Shown here: positions 1-8,716 of the stretch, in pieces
How positions within the stretch are numbered: position 1 is the stretch's first letter
How the letters are laid out: each line of letters starts with the position of its first letter
Origin: Escherichia coli
GTDB lineage: Bacteria > Pseudomonadota > Gammaproteobacteria > Enterobacterales > Enterobacteriaceae
Reading direction: 5' to 3' (one strand)
Length of the DNA: 64,000 bases
NCBI RefSeq assembly: GCF_024502345.1
Contig: NZ_JALDNN010000001.1
Program-made: the position numbers and the translations under genes
Notes under the pieces: model-generated
Seen by the model: the letters and a program-made list of their open reading frames with translations, nothing else
Databases searched by the model: none
What the model was told of the DNA's origin: nothing

Positions 1-672
1 GACCGTTCCGTGGCAAAGCAAAAGTTCAAAATCACCAACTGGCCCACCTACAATAAAGCCCTCATCAACCGTGGCTCCATAACTTTCTGGCTGGATGATG
101 AAGCTATTCAGGCCTGGTATGAGTCAGCAACACCTTCTTCACGAGGCAGACCTCAGCGCTATTCTGACCTTGCCATCACGACTGTGCTGGTCATTAAACG
201 CGTATTCAGGCTGACCCTGCGCGCTGCGCAGGGCTTTATTGATTCCATTTTTTCTCTGATGAACGTTCCGCTACGCTGCCCGGATTACAGCTGTGTCAGC
301 AGGCGGGCAAAGTCGGTTAATGTCAGTTTCAAAACGCCCACCCGGGGTGAAATCGCACACCTGGTAATTGATTCCACCGGGCTGAAGGTCTTCGGTGAAG
401 GCGAGTGGAAAGTCAAAAAGCATGGCCAGGAACGCCGCCGTATCTGGCGTAAGCTGCATCTCGCCGTTGACAGTAAAACACATGAAATCATCTGCGCTGA
501 CCTGTCGCTGAACAACGTTACGGACTCAGAGGCCTTCCCCGGGTTAATCCGGCAAACCCACCGGAAAATCAGGTCAGCCGCCGCCGATGGCGCTTACGAT
601 ACCCGGCTATGTCACGATGAACTGCGGCGTAAGAAAATCAGCGCGCTTATCCCTCCCCGAAAAGGTGCGGGT
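1..672 (+). mobile_element. IS903-like (IS5 family) insertion sequence remnant; transposase N-terminal ~221 aa only, 3' part missing
   Basis: ORF 10..846 begins MAKQKFKITNWPTYNKALINRGS...RLCHDELRRKKISALIPPRKGAG, which I recognise as the IS903 transposase. The match ends near nt 672; downstream frame is read-through antisense to the GTPase gene. The element start lies at or beyond the window edge. Confidence 0.75.
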
Positions 673-1094
673 TGCATCACACCGTTCCAGAACTGCTCGT
701 CCACCGACAGCGCACGGTCATCAGCTTTGATGACCCACAGCACCAGGTCAAGCTCTGGCAGCATACGCCGGTACAGGGCGCGGTATTCATGGTCCCGTTG
801 TCCGTTCTCTCCCACGCCCGGTAAATCAACAATCACCAGACTGTGACGACCACTGCGCAGCCGGAAGCGCAGTATGTCGCGGGTGCAGGCGTTCACATCA
901 CTGACGGCGGAGACTTCCCCCCGAAAGAGTTCGTTACAGAGCGACGACTTACCGGCACCACTCTTGCCCATGATGCCAATCACCGGCTCGTAGTGGGTCA
1001 GATTCTGAATACGTTCAAGAATAAGCTGGCGAAGCGTATCGGGAAGCGACGCCAGCGGTTTTTCCAGGGCCTGAAGGCCATCAGTTTTATTCAT
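672..1094 (-). pseudogene. C-terminally truncated YfjP/YeeP-family GTPase
   Basis: ORF 612..1094 (-) has a P-loop GIMGKSGAGKSS and DLPGVGE motif typical of prophage YfjP/YkfA/YeeP GTPases. Only ~140 aa of an expected ~290 remain before the IS903 junction. Confidence 0.6.
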
Positions 1095-1726
1095 ACAGGG
1101 TTCTCAGCGTGAAAAACAAAAATCCCCGCGCTCCGGTCAGGGAGGCGGGGGATTCACGGAGATAATATCTATCTGAATTTATTTAGAATATAAGCAGGCT
1201 CATGTAACTGTAGCAGTGTCAACTTTACATCACAGCTCATGTTGGCTGGTGGTATTTTGCCAATAGTAGACATTTACGCCTAGGTTTAGATATCGAAATT
1301 AGTACACCAATATAGATACAGCAAAGAGGGAACTGATTTGTCTGCGCGAGACTAGAACCGTTGCCCCCTGTGGTTCGATGGATTGCAGGAAAATCATTTC
1401 CGGTGCTGAAGAGAGCCTCCGATACAACCTGAGAATATTTTAAGAACATCAAAATGAATGACGTAATTTACTCAAAGGCGATTGCCTAATATGTCATGAT
1501 ATTAGTAGCATTTAATTGCGTGAAAGTTTGTATATTCTTTTGAATTTATCTCAAAGCTAAAACCTCGTCAAAAATACACAAAAGGGTTTTGAGAAACAAG
1601 AGCCTGATGCTGAATCTGCTACAGAGCTGGGTTCTGTTCTGTTAAACTTGCGGTTAAAAATTTCCAAGAAAACCTAGGATATGACATGAGTTCACTGCAC
1701 ACCAGTAGTAGCAGCAGGGCGGTCAC

Positions 1727-4540
1727 ATGCCAATGGAGAGCTGTACGCAAATGAACGCCGTAGAAATTGAACAAGCCATCACGGATCTTGCAGAGCAACC
1801 CTTTGATCCTATAGAGTTTCCTTATGCTTTTCTTGAAGCCTTTGGTAACAAGGAAACGACTGTCAAACGCTTGCGCGCCGGTGCATCAAACAAATCCGAC
1901 TTGGGCGGTGTTCTCCAGAGCAATAATATTCACATTCTGACCTGCGAAGCAGGGACTGTGACTCAGATGTTGGCCGCGCTCAAGGCTAGCCCTGCGACAA
2001 CTAAAGCCAAGGCGAAGTTCATCCTGGCTACAGATGGCAAAGATTTCGAAGCTGAAGACCTCGTTAGCGGTCAGACTGTCGCTTGCGCCTTTAAAGACTT
2101 CCCAGATCACTTCGGCTTTTTCTTGCCATTAGCAGGCATTAGCACAGTTCGTCAGATTTGTGAGAACTCCTTTGACATTCGGGCCACTAGCCGGCTGAAT
2201 CGTCTGTATGTCGAGTTGTTGAAAGATAACCCTACCTGGGGGACGGCGGAGCGACGTCATGACATGAACAAATTCATGACTCGGCTGATCTTTTGTTTTT
2301 TCGCTGAGGATACTGACATTTTCGTGGGTAAGGGACGCTTTACTGAAACCGTTGCGCAGATGAGTACAAGAGATTCGTCGAATACGCATGAAGTTATCGC
2401 TACCTTGTTTCGTGCCATGAACACCAGTAACAAAGATAGAGCCGCCGCTGGCATCCCGCGCTGGGCCAATGAGTTTCCTTATGTCAACGGACGCTTGTTC
2501 TCTGGGAGTAATGATGTACCACTGTTCAGTAAGATTGCACGGTCTTATTTGCTCCATGTGGGTAGCCTTGACTGGACCAAGATTAATCCGGATATCTTTG
2601 GCTCGATGATTCAGGCAATTGCCGAAGACGAAGAACGCGGAGAGCTGGGGATGCATTACACCAGCGTACCCAACATCTTAAAAGTTTTGAATCCACTATT
2701 TCTGGACGACCTGCGCGCAAAGCTGGATGAGGCGGGTGACAATCCGCGTATGTTGCTTAACCTGCGTAAGCGCATTTCCCACATCCGTGTGTTCGACCCA
2801 GCGTGCGGTTCTGGTAACTTTTTGGTTATCGCGTACAAGGAAATGCGTGCCATTGAGGCCGAAATCAACAAGCGGCGTAATGAGCCAGATCGCGCCTCGG
2901 ATATCCCACTTACCAACTTTCGCGGGATTGAACTAAGAGATTTCCCGGCAGAGATCGCCCGCCTTGCGCTTGTTATCGCTGAGTACCAATGTGATGTACT
3001 GTACCGTGGGCTGCGGTTGGCCTTGGCTGAGCTTCTTCCGTTACGCAACGAAAATTGGATTACCTGTGGCAATGCACTACGGCTCGACTGGTTAAGAATT
3101 TGCCCGCCGACAGGAACAGGTGTGAAATTACATGGCGATGACTTGTTTGGATCTCCGCTTGATCAGGCAGAGATCGACTTTGAGAATGAAGGCGGAGAGA
3201 CATACATTTGCGGTAACCCACCATACCTTGGTTCAAAGTGGCAGACGGATGAACATAAAGCTGATCTTGGCACAATCTTTTCTGGTCGCGTGAAAAATTG
3301 GAAATCGCTCGATTATGTTGCTGGCTGGTTCCTGAAAGCCGCTGACTATGGTAGCCAGACAAGTTCCCAGGCTGCTTTTGTTGCCACTAATTCAATCAGC
3401 CAAGGGCAGCAAGTGTCGATTCTGTGGCCGGAAATATTCAAGGCAGGACAAGAGATTAGTTTCGCTTACACGAGCTTTAAGTGGTCGAACCTCGCTACTC
3501 ACAACGCCGGGGTCACAGTTGTTATCATCGGAATTTCTAACTGTGTAGGAAAGTCGCGACGCCTCTTTTCGGCTGGAGGAGACAATGGTGCGACGACGTG
3601 TCGTGAGGTGGAGCGCATCAACGCCTATTTGATCGCTGGCCCTAACATCATTGTGGAGGGGGACAGTTGTCCAGCCGACAGTCTTGCAACGATGCAGTTC
3701 GGTAACCACCCGTACTATGGTGCATCACTGATCTTTTCGAGATCTGAAGCACAGCAGATGATGTCTGTCGATCCGCGTACGGCGCGTTTTATTCGCCCAC
3801 TATATGGCTCCCAAGAGTTCATTTCCGCTGTGCCACGAGCCTGTCTATGGATTAACGACGATGAGGCTGACGAAGCGGGGACGATTCCTCTGATAGCTGA
3901 GCGTATGAGCGCCGTAGCAAGTGCTAGACGTGCAAAAAAACAAGACAAGGCAGCCCAGAAACTGGCTAAGACTCCATATCGCTTTCGCGACCAGCAGACA
4001 TCTACGAATCATATTCTTGTGGTTCCTCGAGTCAGTTCAGAGAACCGTCCTTGCTTGCCGGTTGGATTACTTGACTCTGACTCTATCGTTCAAGATCAAG
4101 CATTCGCCCTTTACGACGCTCCTCTCTGGAACCTCGCCATCATAGCGAGTCGCCTGCATCTAGTTTGGATCGCCACGGTTTGTGGAAAGTTAGAGACACG
4201 CTACCGCTATTCAAACACCCTCGGCTGGAATACTTTCCCGCTCCCAACACTCACTGAGAAAAATAAGGCAGACCTCACGCGCTGTGCAGAGGATATTCTT
4301 CTGACTAGGGAGCATCACTTCCCTGCAACCATTGCAGACCTTTATGACCCCGAGAAGATGCCAGACGACCTGCGTATTGTGCACGAGCGTAATGACGAAG
4401 TGCTTGAGCGTATTTACATTGGGCGCCGCTTTAAGAATGACACAGAGCGGCTTGAGAAGCTGTTTGACCTTTATACTAAGATGGCCGCTTCAACTGCATC
4501 GGGCAAAAGCAATAAACGTAAAGTGGGAACCAATGCATGA
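1727..4540 (+). CDS. MmeI-family (type IIG/IIL-like) N6-adenine DNA methyltransferase with target-recognition region; N-terminal nuclease motif apparently degenerate
   Basis: 937-aa ORF. SAM motif I FDPACGSGNFLV, catalytic motif IV GNPPY, and MmeI/PglX hallmarks FPYVNGRLF, HYTSVPNILKVLNPLFLDDL, FVATNSISQGQQVSILWP, RYRYSNTLGWNTFP, LYDPEKMP. Alternative start at 1751 (MNAVEIEQ). Confidence 0.85.
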   Translation: MPMESCTQMNAVEIEQAITDLAEQPFDPIEFPYAFLEAFGNKETTVKRLRAGASNKSDLGGVLQSNNIHILTCEAGTVTQMLAALKASPATTKAKAKFILATDGKDFEAEDLVSGQTVACAFKDFPDHFGFFLPLAGISTVRQICENSFDIRATSRLNRLYVELLKDNPTWGTAERRHDMNKFMTRLIFCFFAEDTDIFVGKGRFTETVAQMSTRDSSNTHEVIATLFRAMNTSNKDRAAAGIPRWANEFPYVNGRLFSGSNDVPLFSKIARSYLLHVGSLDWTKINPDIFGSMIQAIAEDEERGELGMHYTSVPNILKVLNPLFLDDLRAKLDEAGDNPRMLLNLRKRISHIRVFDPACGSGNFLVIAYKEMRAIEAEINKRRNEPDRASDIPLTNFRGIELRDFPAEIARLALVIAEYQCDVLYRGLRLALAELLPLRNENWITCGNALRLDWLRICPPTGTGVKLHGDDLFGSPLDQAEIDFENEGGETYICGNPPYLGSKWQTDEHKADLGTIFSGRVKNWKSLDYVAGWFLKAADYGSQTSSQAAFVATNSISQGQQVSILWPEIFKAGQEISFAYTSFKWSNLATHNAGVTVVIIGISNCVGKSRRLFSAGGDNGATTCREVERINAYLIAGPNIIVEGDSCPADSLATMQFGNHPYYGASLIFSRSEAQQMMSVDPRTARFIRPLYGSQEFISAVPRACLWINDDEADEAGTIPLIAERMSAVASARRAKKQDKAAQKLAKTPYRFRDQQTSTNHILVVPRVSSENRPCLPVGLLDSDSIVQDQAFALYDAPLWNLAIIASRLHLVWIATVCGKLETRYRYSNTLGWNTFPLPTLTEKNKADLTRCAEDILLTREHHFPATIADLYDPEKMPDDLRIVHERNDEVLERIYIGRRFKNDTERLEKLFDLYTKMAASTASGKSNKRKVGTNA

Positions 4541-6582
4541 GCAACAAGATTAGATCTGTACCGTCAGTTTCTGTTACCTACTCACGCAACGGAGCATCGA
4601 CCAAGGCTAATTCTCTTGGGATGCGTCCTATGCAAGAAAGGGCTTATGAGAAGCGCGGAGAACAATATCTTCTCATAAAGTCGCCGCCCGCCTCTGGCAA
4701 GAGTCGTGCGCTGATGTTCGTCGCACTCGATAAACTCGCAAACCAGGGGATCAAACAGGCAATCATTGTCGTGCCGGAAAAATCTATCGGCGCGAGCTTC
4801 AACGATGAACCGCTATCGCAGTTTGGATTCTGGGCTGATTGGCATGTTGAACCTAAGTGGAATCTGTGCAACGCCCCCGGTAACGACAACGGCGGCAAGG
4901 TAAAATCTTTCGGCTCTTTTCTTGAAAGTAGCGACAAGGTGCTTGTTTGTACACACGCAACCTTTCGCTTCGCGGTCGATGCCTACGGTGTAGAGGCGTT
5001 TGACGATCGCCTGATCGCCGTCGATGAATTTCACCATGTGTCCGCTAACCCGGATAACAAGCTTGGTCAGCATCTGGGACAGTTCATTGAGCGTGACAAG
5101 ACGCACATCGTGGCCATGACCGGCTCCTACTTCCGGGGAGATGCGGAAGCCGTTTTGGCTCCTCAGGATGAGTCTAGGTTCGATACCGTCACCTACACCT
5201 ACTACGAACAACTCAACGGTTACGAATACCTCAAACAGCTTGATATCGGATACTTCTTTTATAGTGGATCATACATTGATGACATCCTCAATGTCCTCGA
5301 TCCTGACAAGAAAACGATTATCCATATTCCCAACGTCAATTCGCGCGAGAGTACGAAGGATAAAATTAAGGAGGTGGAGCACATTCTGAGCGAGCTTGGC
5401 GATTGGCAAGGTGCGGATCCTACGACTGGTTTTCAGCTAGTCAAGCGCCCCGATGGCCATGTGTTGCGTATTGCTGACCTGGTGGACCCAGCCAGTCAAG
5501 GCAAGATTCAGGAAAGCCTCCGAGCTCCAGAAATGAAGACAGACCGTGACTATGTAGACATCATTATTGCACTTGGTATGGCGAAGGAAGGTTTCGACTG
5601 GATCTGGTGCGAACATGCGCTGACTGTTGGCTACCGTGCCAGCCTGACTGAGATCGTGCAGATTATCGGTCGCGCTACTCGCGACGCGCCGGGTAAAACC
5701 CGCGCGAGATTTACTAACTTGATCGCCGAGCCCGACGCTGTAGAGGGCGCAGTAACTGAGGCAGTCAACGATACCTTGAAAGCTATCGCGGCGAGCCTGT
5801 TGATGGAACAGGTACTGGCTCCGCGCTTCGAGTTCAAGCCCAAGAATCCTGAAATCGGTCCGACTCCAGGCTTTGATTATGGTGATGGAGGATATGACCC
5901 GGATAGCTGCAATTTTGGTGTTAATGAGCAGACAGGGACGTATCAAATCGAGATTAAGGGACTTGCCGAGCCTAGGAGCAAAGAGGCGGCACGTATCTGC
6001 CAGGAAGATTTAAACGAAGTGATCGCGGCCTTTGTGCAGGATAAGCCCGCCATCGAACGAGGCCTGTTCGATGAAGAGCTGATCCCTGAAGAGTTAACAC
6101 AGGTTCGTATGGGTAAGATCATCAAAGAAAAGTATCCTGAACTTGATGCTGAAGATCAGGAGGCTGTACGTCAGCATGCTATCGCCGCCCTTAACCTCAC
6201 GCAGCAGGCCAAGCGTCTTGCTACCGGTGAAAACGATGGGACGCTCAATACTGCTCTTATTGACGGAGTGCGTCGCTTTGCAATGGATGTGCGCGATTTA
6301 GACATAGACCTTATCGACCGCATCAATCCCTTTGGTGAAGCCTACGCTATCCTTGCTAAGACGATGAGTGAAGACAGTTTGAAGCAGGTCGCGGCGGCCA
6401 TCTCGGCCAAGCGTACTTCGATCACGCCTGAAGATGCCAAGGTGATCGCCAAGCGTGCCGCTGAATTCAAACGTGAACGTGGGCGCCTCCCATCGTTAAC
6501 TTCGCTGGATGCTTGGGAAAAACACCTTGCTGAAGGTGCAGCCGCGTTTATGCGTTTTAGGGCGGAGGGACGTTATGAGTAA
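4537..6582 (+). CDS. SF2 DExH-box helicase with ~280-aa C-terminal extension of unknown function
   Basis: 681-aa ORF. Walker A PPASGKS, motif II VDEFHH, motif III MTGSY, motif VI QIIGRATR. Start ATG overlaps the methyltransferase stop (ATGA at 4537-4540). Confidence 0.8.
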   Translation: MSNKIRSVPSVSVTYSRNGASTKANSLGMRPMQERAYEKRGEQYLLIKSPPASGKSRALMFVALDKLANQGIKQAIIVVPEKSIGASFNDEPLSQFGFWADWHVEPKWNLCNAPGNDNGGKVKSFGSFLESSDKVLVCTHATFRFAVDAYGVEAFDDRLIAVDEFHHVSANPDNKLGQHLGQFIERDKTHIVAMTGSYFRGDAEAVLAPQDESRFDTVTYTYYEQLNGYEYLKQLDIGYFFYSGSYIDDILNVLDPDKKTIIHIPNVNSRESTKDKIKEVEHILSELGDWQGADPTTGFQLVKRPDGHVLRIADLVDPASQGKIQESLRAPEMKTDRDYVDIIIALGMAKEGFDWIWCEHALTVGYRASLTEIVQIIGRATRDAPGKTRARFTNLIAEPDAVEGAVTEAVNDTLKAIAASLLMEQVLAPRFEFKPKNPEIGPTPGFDYGDGGYDPDSCNFGVNEQTGTYQIEIKGLAEPRSKEAARICQEDLNEVIAAFVQDKPAIERGLFDEELIPEELTQVRMGKIIKEKYPELDAEDQEAVRQHAIAALNLTQQAKRLATGENDGTLNTALIDGVRRFAMDVRDLDIDLIDRINPFGEAYAILAKTMSEDSLKQVAAAISAKRTSITPEDAKVIAKRAAEFKRERGRLPSLTSLDAWEKHLAEGAAAFMRFRAEGRYE

Positions 6583-7753
6583 TTCTGATTTAGACGATTT
6601 GGCGGCAGAACTTGCTGAATTTGCACCACCGGAGAAGAAAAAAGGACGTCCAGCCAGCGAGGAACGCATCATCGCAGGTTTTGAGGAAATCCAGCGCTTC
6701 GCTGACCAACATGGACGTGCGCCGCAACACGGCGAAGAGCGTGAGATCTTTGAGCGCCTCTATGCAGTGCGGCTCGACCGGCTACGCAGTCTCCCAGACT
6801 GCCGTGCCTTGCTAGAGCCGCTGGATCATCAAGGCTTATTGGCTGGAGGGGGTGATGTAGCGGAGTCAGCGGACGAAATTATCGATATCGATAATTTGGC
6901 TGCCGAACTGACGGATGTTTCCAGCGAGGATGATATCACAGTCTTGCGTCATGTTCGTGCTAGCGCCGAAAAGCGTGCTGTACAAGGGATCGCGGATCGC
7001 AAGCCGTGCGAGGATTTTGATACATTCAAACCGCTATTTGAACAGGTGCGCAGTGATCTAAGTTCAGGGTTAAGAGTGACCCGACCTTTTGGACAGTATG
7101 CAACGATTGAAGTGGGCCATTGGTTCATCCTGGATGGTCAAACGGCTTATGTGGCTGAGGAAGGTGAAGAGTTCGATTCTCCACAGGGGAAGAAAGATGC
7201 TCGGCTGCGTGTCATTTATTCGAATGGTACAGAAAGTAACCTGCTTCGGCTGTCATTAGTTCGTGCTTTGTATAAAGACGAAACAGCACGTCGAATTACC
7301 GATCCAGACATGGGGCCTTTATTCAGCGATGCTCTAGAAGAGAGCGATCTAGAAAGTGGCACCATTTATGTATTGCGTTCGCTATCAGATAACCCTTATG
7401 TGGCCGAACATCGTGATGTTATTCACAAGATTGGTGTGACTGGCGGCAAGGTCGAGACTCGTATTGCTAATGCTGAACACGATTCCACCTATCTGTTGGC
7501 GAAGGTAGAGGTGGTCGCTTCATACAAACTCGCAGGTATCAACCGCACCCGGATGGAAAACCTGTTTCACAGGTTGTTTGCACCCGCAAGGCTTAACATT
7601 ACCATTAACGACCGTTTCGGCCATCCAGTACAGCCCGAGGAATGGTTTCTCGTTCCGTTATTCGTTATCGATGAGGCTGTTGCACGTATTAAGGATGGTA
7701 GCATCATTGGGTATGTTTATGACCCCATGTCTGCGAAACTGGTGAAGGCATAG
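6575..7753 (+). CDS. T5orf172/MUG113 (GIY-YIG superfamily) domain protein, candidate nuclease, with acidic N-terminal domain of unknown function
   Basis: C-terminal GTIYVLRS...HKIGVTGGKVETRIANAEH...PEEWFLVPL fits the T5orf172 GIY-YIG-like pattern. GGAGGGA Shine-Dalgarno 6 nt upstream of ATG 6575; start overlaps the helicase stop (taa 6580-6582). The ORF track's upstream ATG at 6509 lacks an RBS. Confidence 0.65.
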   Translation: MSNSDLDDLAAELAEFAPPEKKKGRPASEERIIAGFEEIQRFADQHGRAPQHGEEREIFERLYAVRLDRLRSLPDCRALLEPLDHQGLLAGGGDVAESADEIIDIDNLAAELTDVSSEDDITVLRHVRASAEKRAVQGIADRKPCEDFDTFKPLFEQVRSDLSSGLRVTRPFGQYATIEVGHWFILDGQTAYVAEEGEEFDSPQGKKDARLRVIYSNGTESNLLRLSLVRALYKDETARRITDPDMGPLFSDALEESDLESGTIYVLRSLSDNPYVAEHRDVIHKIGVTGGKVETRIANAEHDSTYLLAKVEVVASYKLAGINRTRMENLFHRLFAPARLNITINDRFGHPVQPEEWFLVPLFVIDEAVARIKDGSIIGYVYDPMSAKLVKA

Positions 7754-7779
7754 TGAAGTGACACACTGAATTTGGCCAC

Positions 7780-7812
7780 CTGTTCTGAGGTGAGTATATC
7801 ACCTCAGAACAG
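7780..7812 (+). terminator. Perfect 14-bp-stem hairpin just downstream of the three-gene cassette; no U-tract
   Basis: ctgttctgaggtga / gtata / tcacctcagaacag read directly. Lack of a T-run makes intrinsic-terminator function uncertain; could be an RNA stability or protein-binding element. Confidence 0.3.
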
Positions 7813-7868
7813 CACAGGAATAAAAGATACTGATTTGAATGTACCTATACTTTGCGATGTGAGGATCA

Positions 7869-8660
7869 ATGAATAGTAACCTGACCAAGATATGTTACCG
7901 TGGTGAGACTGGTGAAAGTGATCTAAGAACGTTGATACTTGGTGAGATTCTATATATCTCACTACGAGATGTTTTAATCACGCTGAATAAAGAAAATAGA
8001 GAAATCAACGCTGATTACACAGTAAAATCGATGGCTGGAATAATCAGGGCGCAATTACAGGCTCTTGACCCTGATGAGTATATTACTACAGATGCTGAAA
8101 ATGGTGTTTTTGAAGGTCAGAAAGAGATCTTCGTCACCCAGCCAGGTTTGTATCGAGTCATGTCAAGTGACCGAAGCGCTGCCGGTAAGCGCTTTCAAAA
8201 ATGGTTATTTCATGAAGTCATACCATCATTGACTAAGCATGGTGTATACCCGCCTCCGCCAGAAGCGAAAGGTTCAGCCCTTGCACAAATGGCTGAGATA
8301 CTTGCTCAAAATTCGCGAGCACTTGCTGACGCAATCCATAAACACGAAAAACTGGCCGAAGATGTCTCACAGGTTAAAGGTAAAGTTGCCAACGTTGAAA
8401 GCCGTCTGGAACTGTTAGAATCAGGTCCTTCCACTGTAACTGAAGATATGCATACTCTTGATAGCCGTCTCGCTTATTTGGACATGAGCATGGAAGAAAA
8501 GCATACCACCGAGACATTAGCCTGGTGCGAGAATATTTCTGTTCAAAATAACAGGAAGGTGATTCGCAAGGACTGTAGGGAGAATTCGCTCTTTACAACG
8601 CAGACTATCGACGAAGCAATCGCTATCATGACTGAAAGTGGAAAAATCACACCAAATTGA
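7869..8660 (+). CDS. Bro-N (KilA-N/antirepressor-like) domain protein with coiled-coil C-terminus
   Basis: 263-aa ORF. N-terminal ...DLRTLILGEILYISLRDVLITL...GLYRVMSSDRSAAGKRFQKWLFHEVIPSLTKHGVY resembles the Bro-N fold pattern. GAGGAT RBS upstream. Confidence 0.55.
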   Translation: MNSNLTKICYRGETGESDLRTLILGEILYISLRDVLITLNKENREINADYTVKSMAGIIRAQLQALDPDEYITTDAENGVFEGQKEIFVTQPGLYRVMSSDRSAAGKRFQKWLFHEVIPSLTKHGVYPPPPEAKGSALAQMAEILAQNSRALADAIHKHEKLAEDVSQVKGKVANVESRLELLESGPSTVTEDMHTLDSRLAYLDMSMEEKHTTETLAWCENISVQNNRKVIRKDCRENSLFTTQTIDEAIAIMTESGKITPN

Positions 8661-8716
8661 AGATCCTGGGGTTCAGATTATCTGCTGGCTATCTTATTGA
8701 GCTCTGACGTAAAATA

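Noticed and set aside
10-846. ORF 10..846 as an intact 278-aa transposase
   Set aside because: IS903 transposase similarity ends near nt 672; the remaining ~58 codons are read-through across the junction, antisense to the GTPase remnant.
1237-1452. 71-aa minus-strand ORF in the leader region upstream of the methyltransferase gene
   Set aside because: No ribosome-binding site or recognisable motif; probably non-coding, although the region itself is flagged as a possible regulatory leader.
1095-1726. Possible retron-type or other structured ncRNA in the leader region
   Set aside because: No adjacent reverse transcriptase gene and no clear pair of long inverted repeats; not supportable from sequence alone.
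6509-6574. Upstream ATG at 6509 as the start of the T5orf172 gene
   Set aside because: It has no Shine-Dalgarno sequence, whereas ATG 6575 has a GGAGG motif at ideal spacing and the typical stop/start overlap.
4537-6582. Equating the cassette helicase with K-12 YfjK
   Set aside because: YfjK is also a helicase-like protein in the equivalent island region of K-12, but I cannot confirm sequence homology from memory and the gene order differs, so no orthology is claimed.
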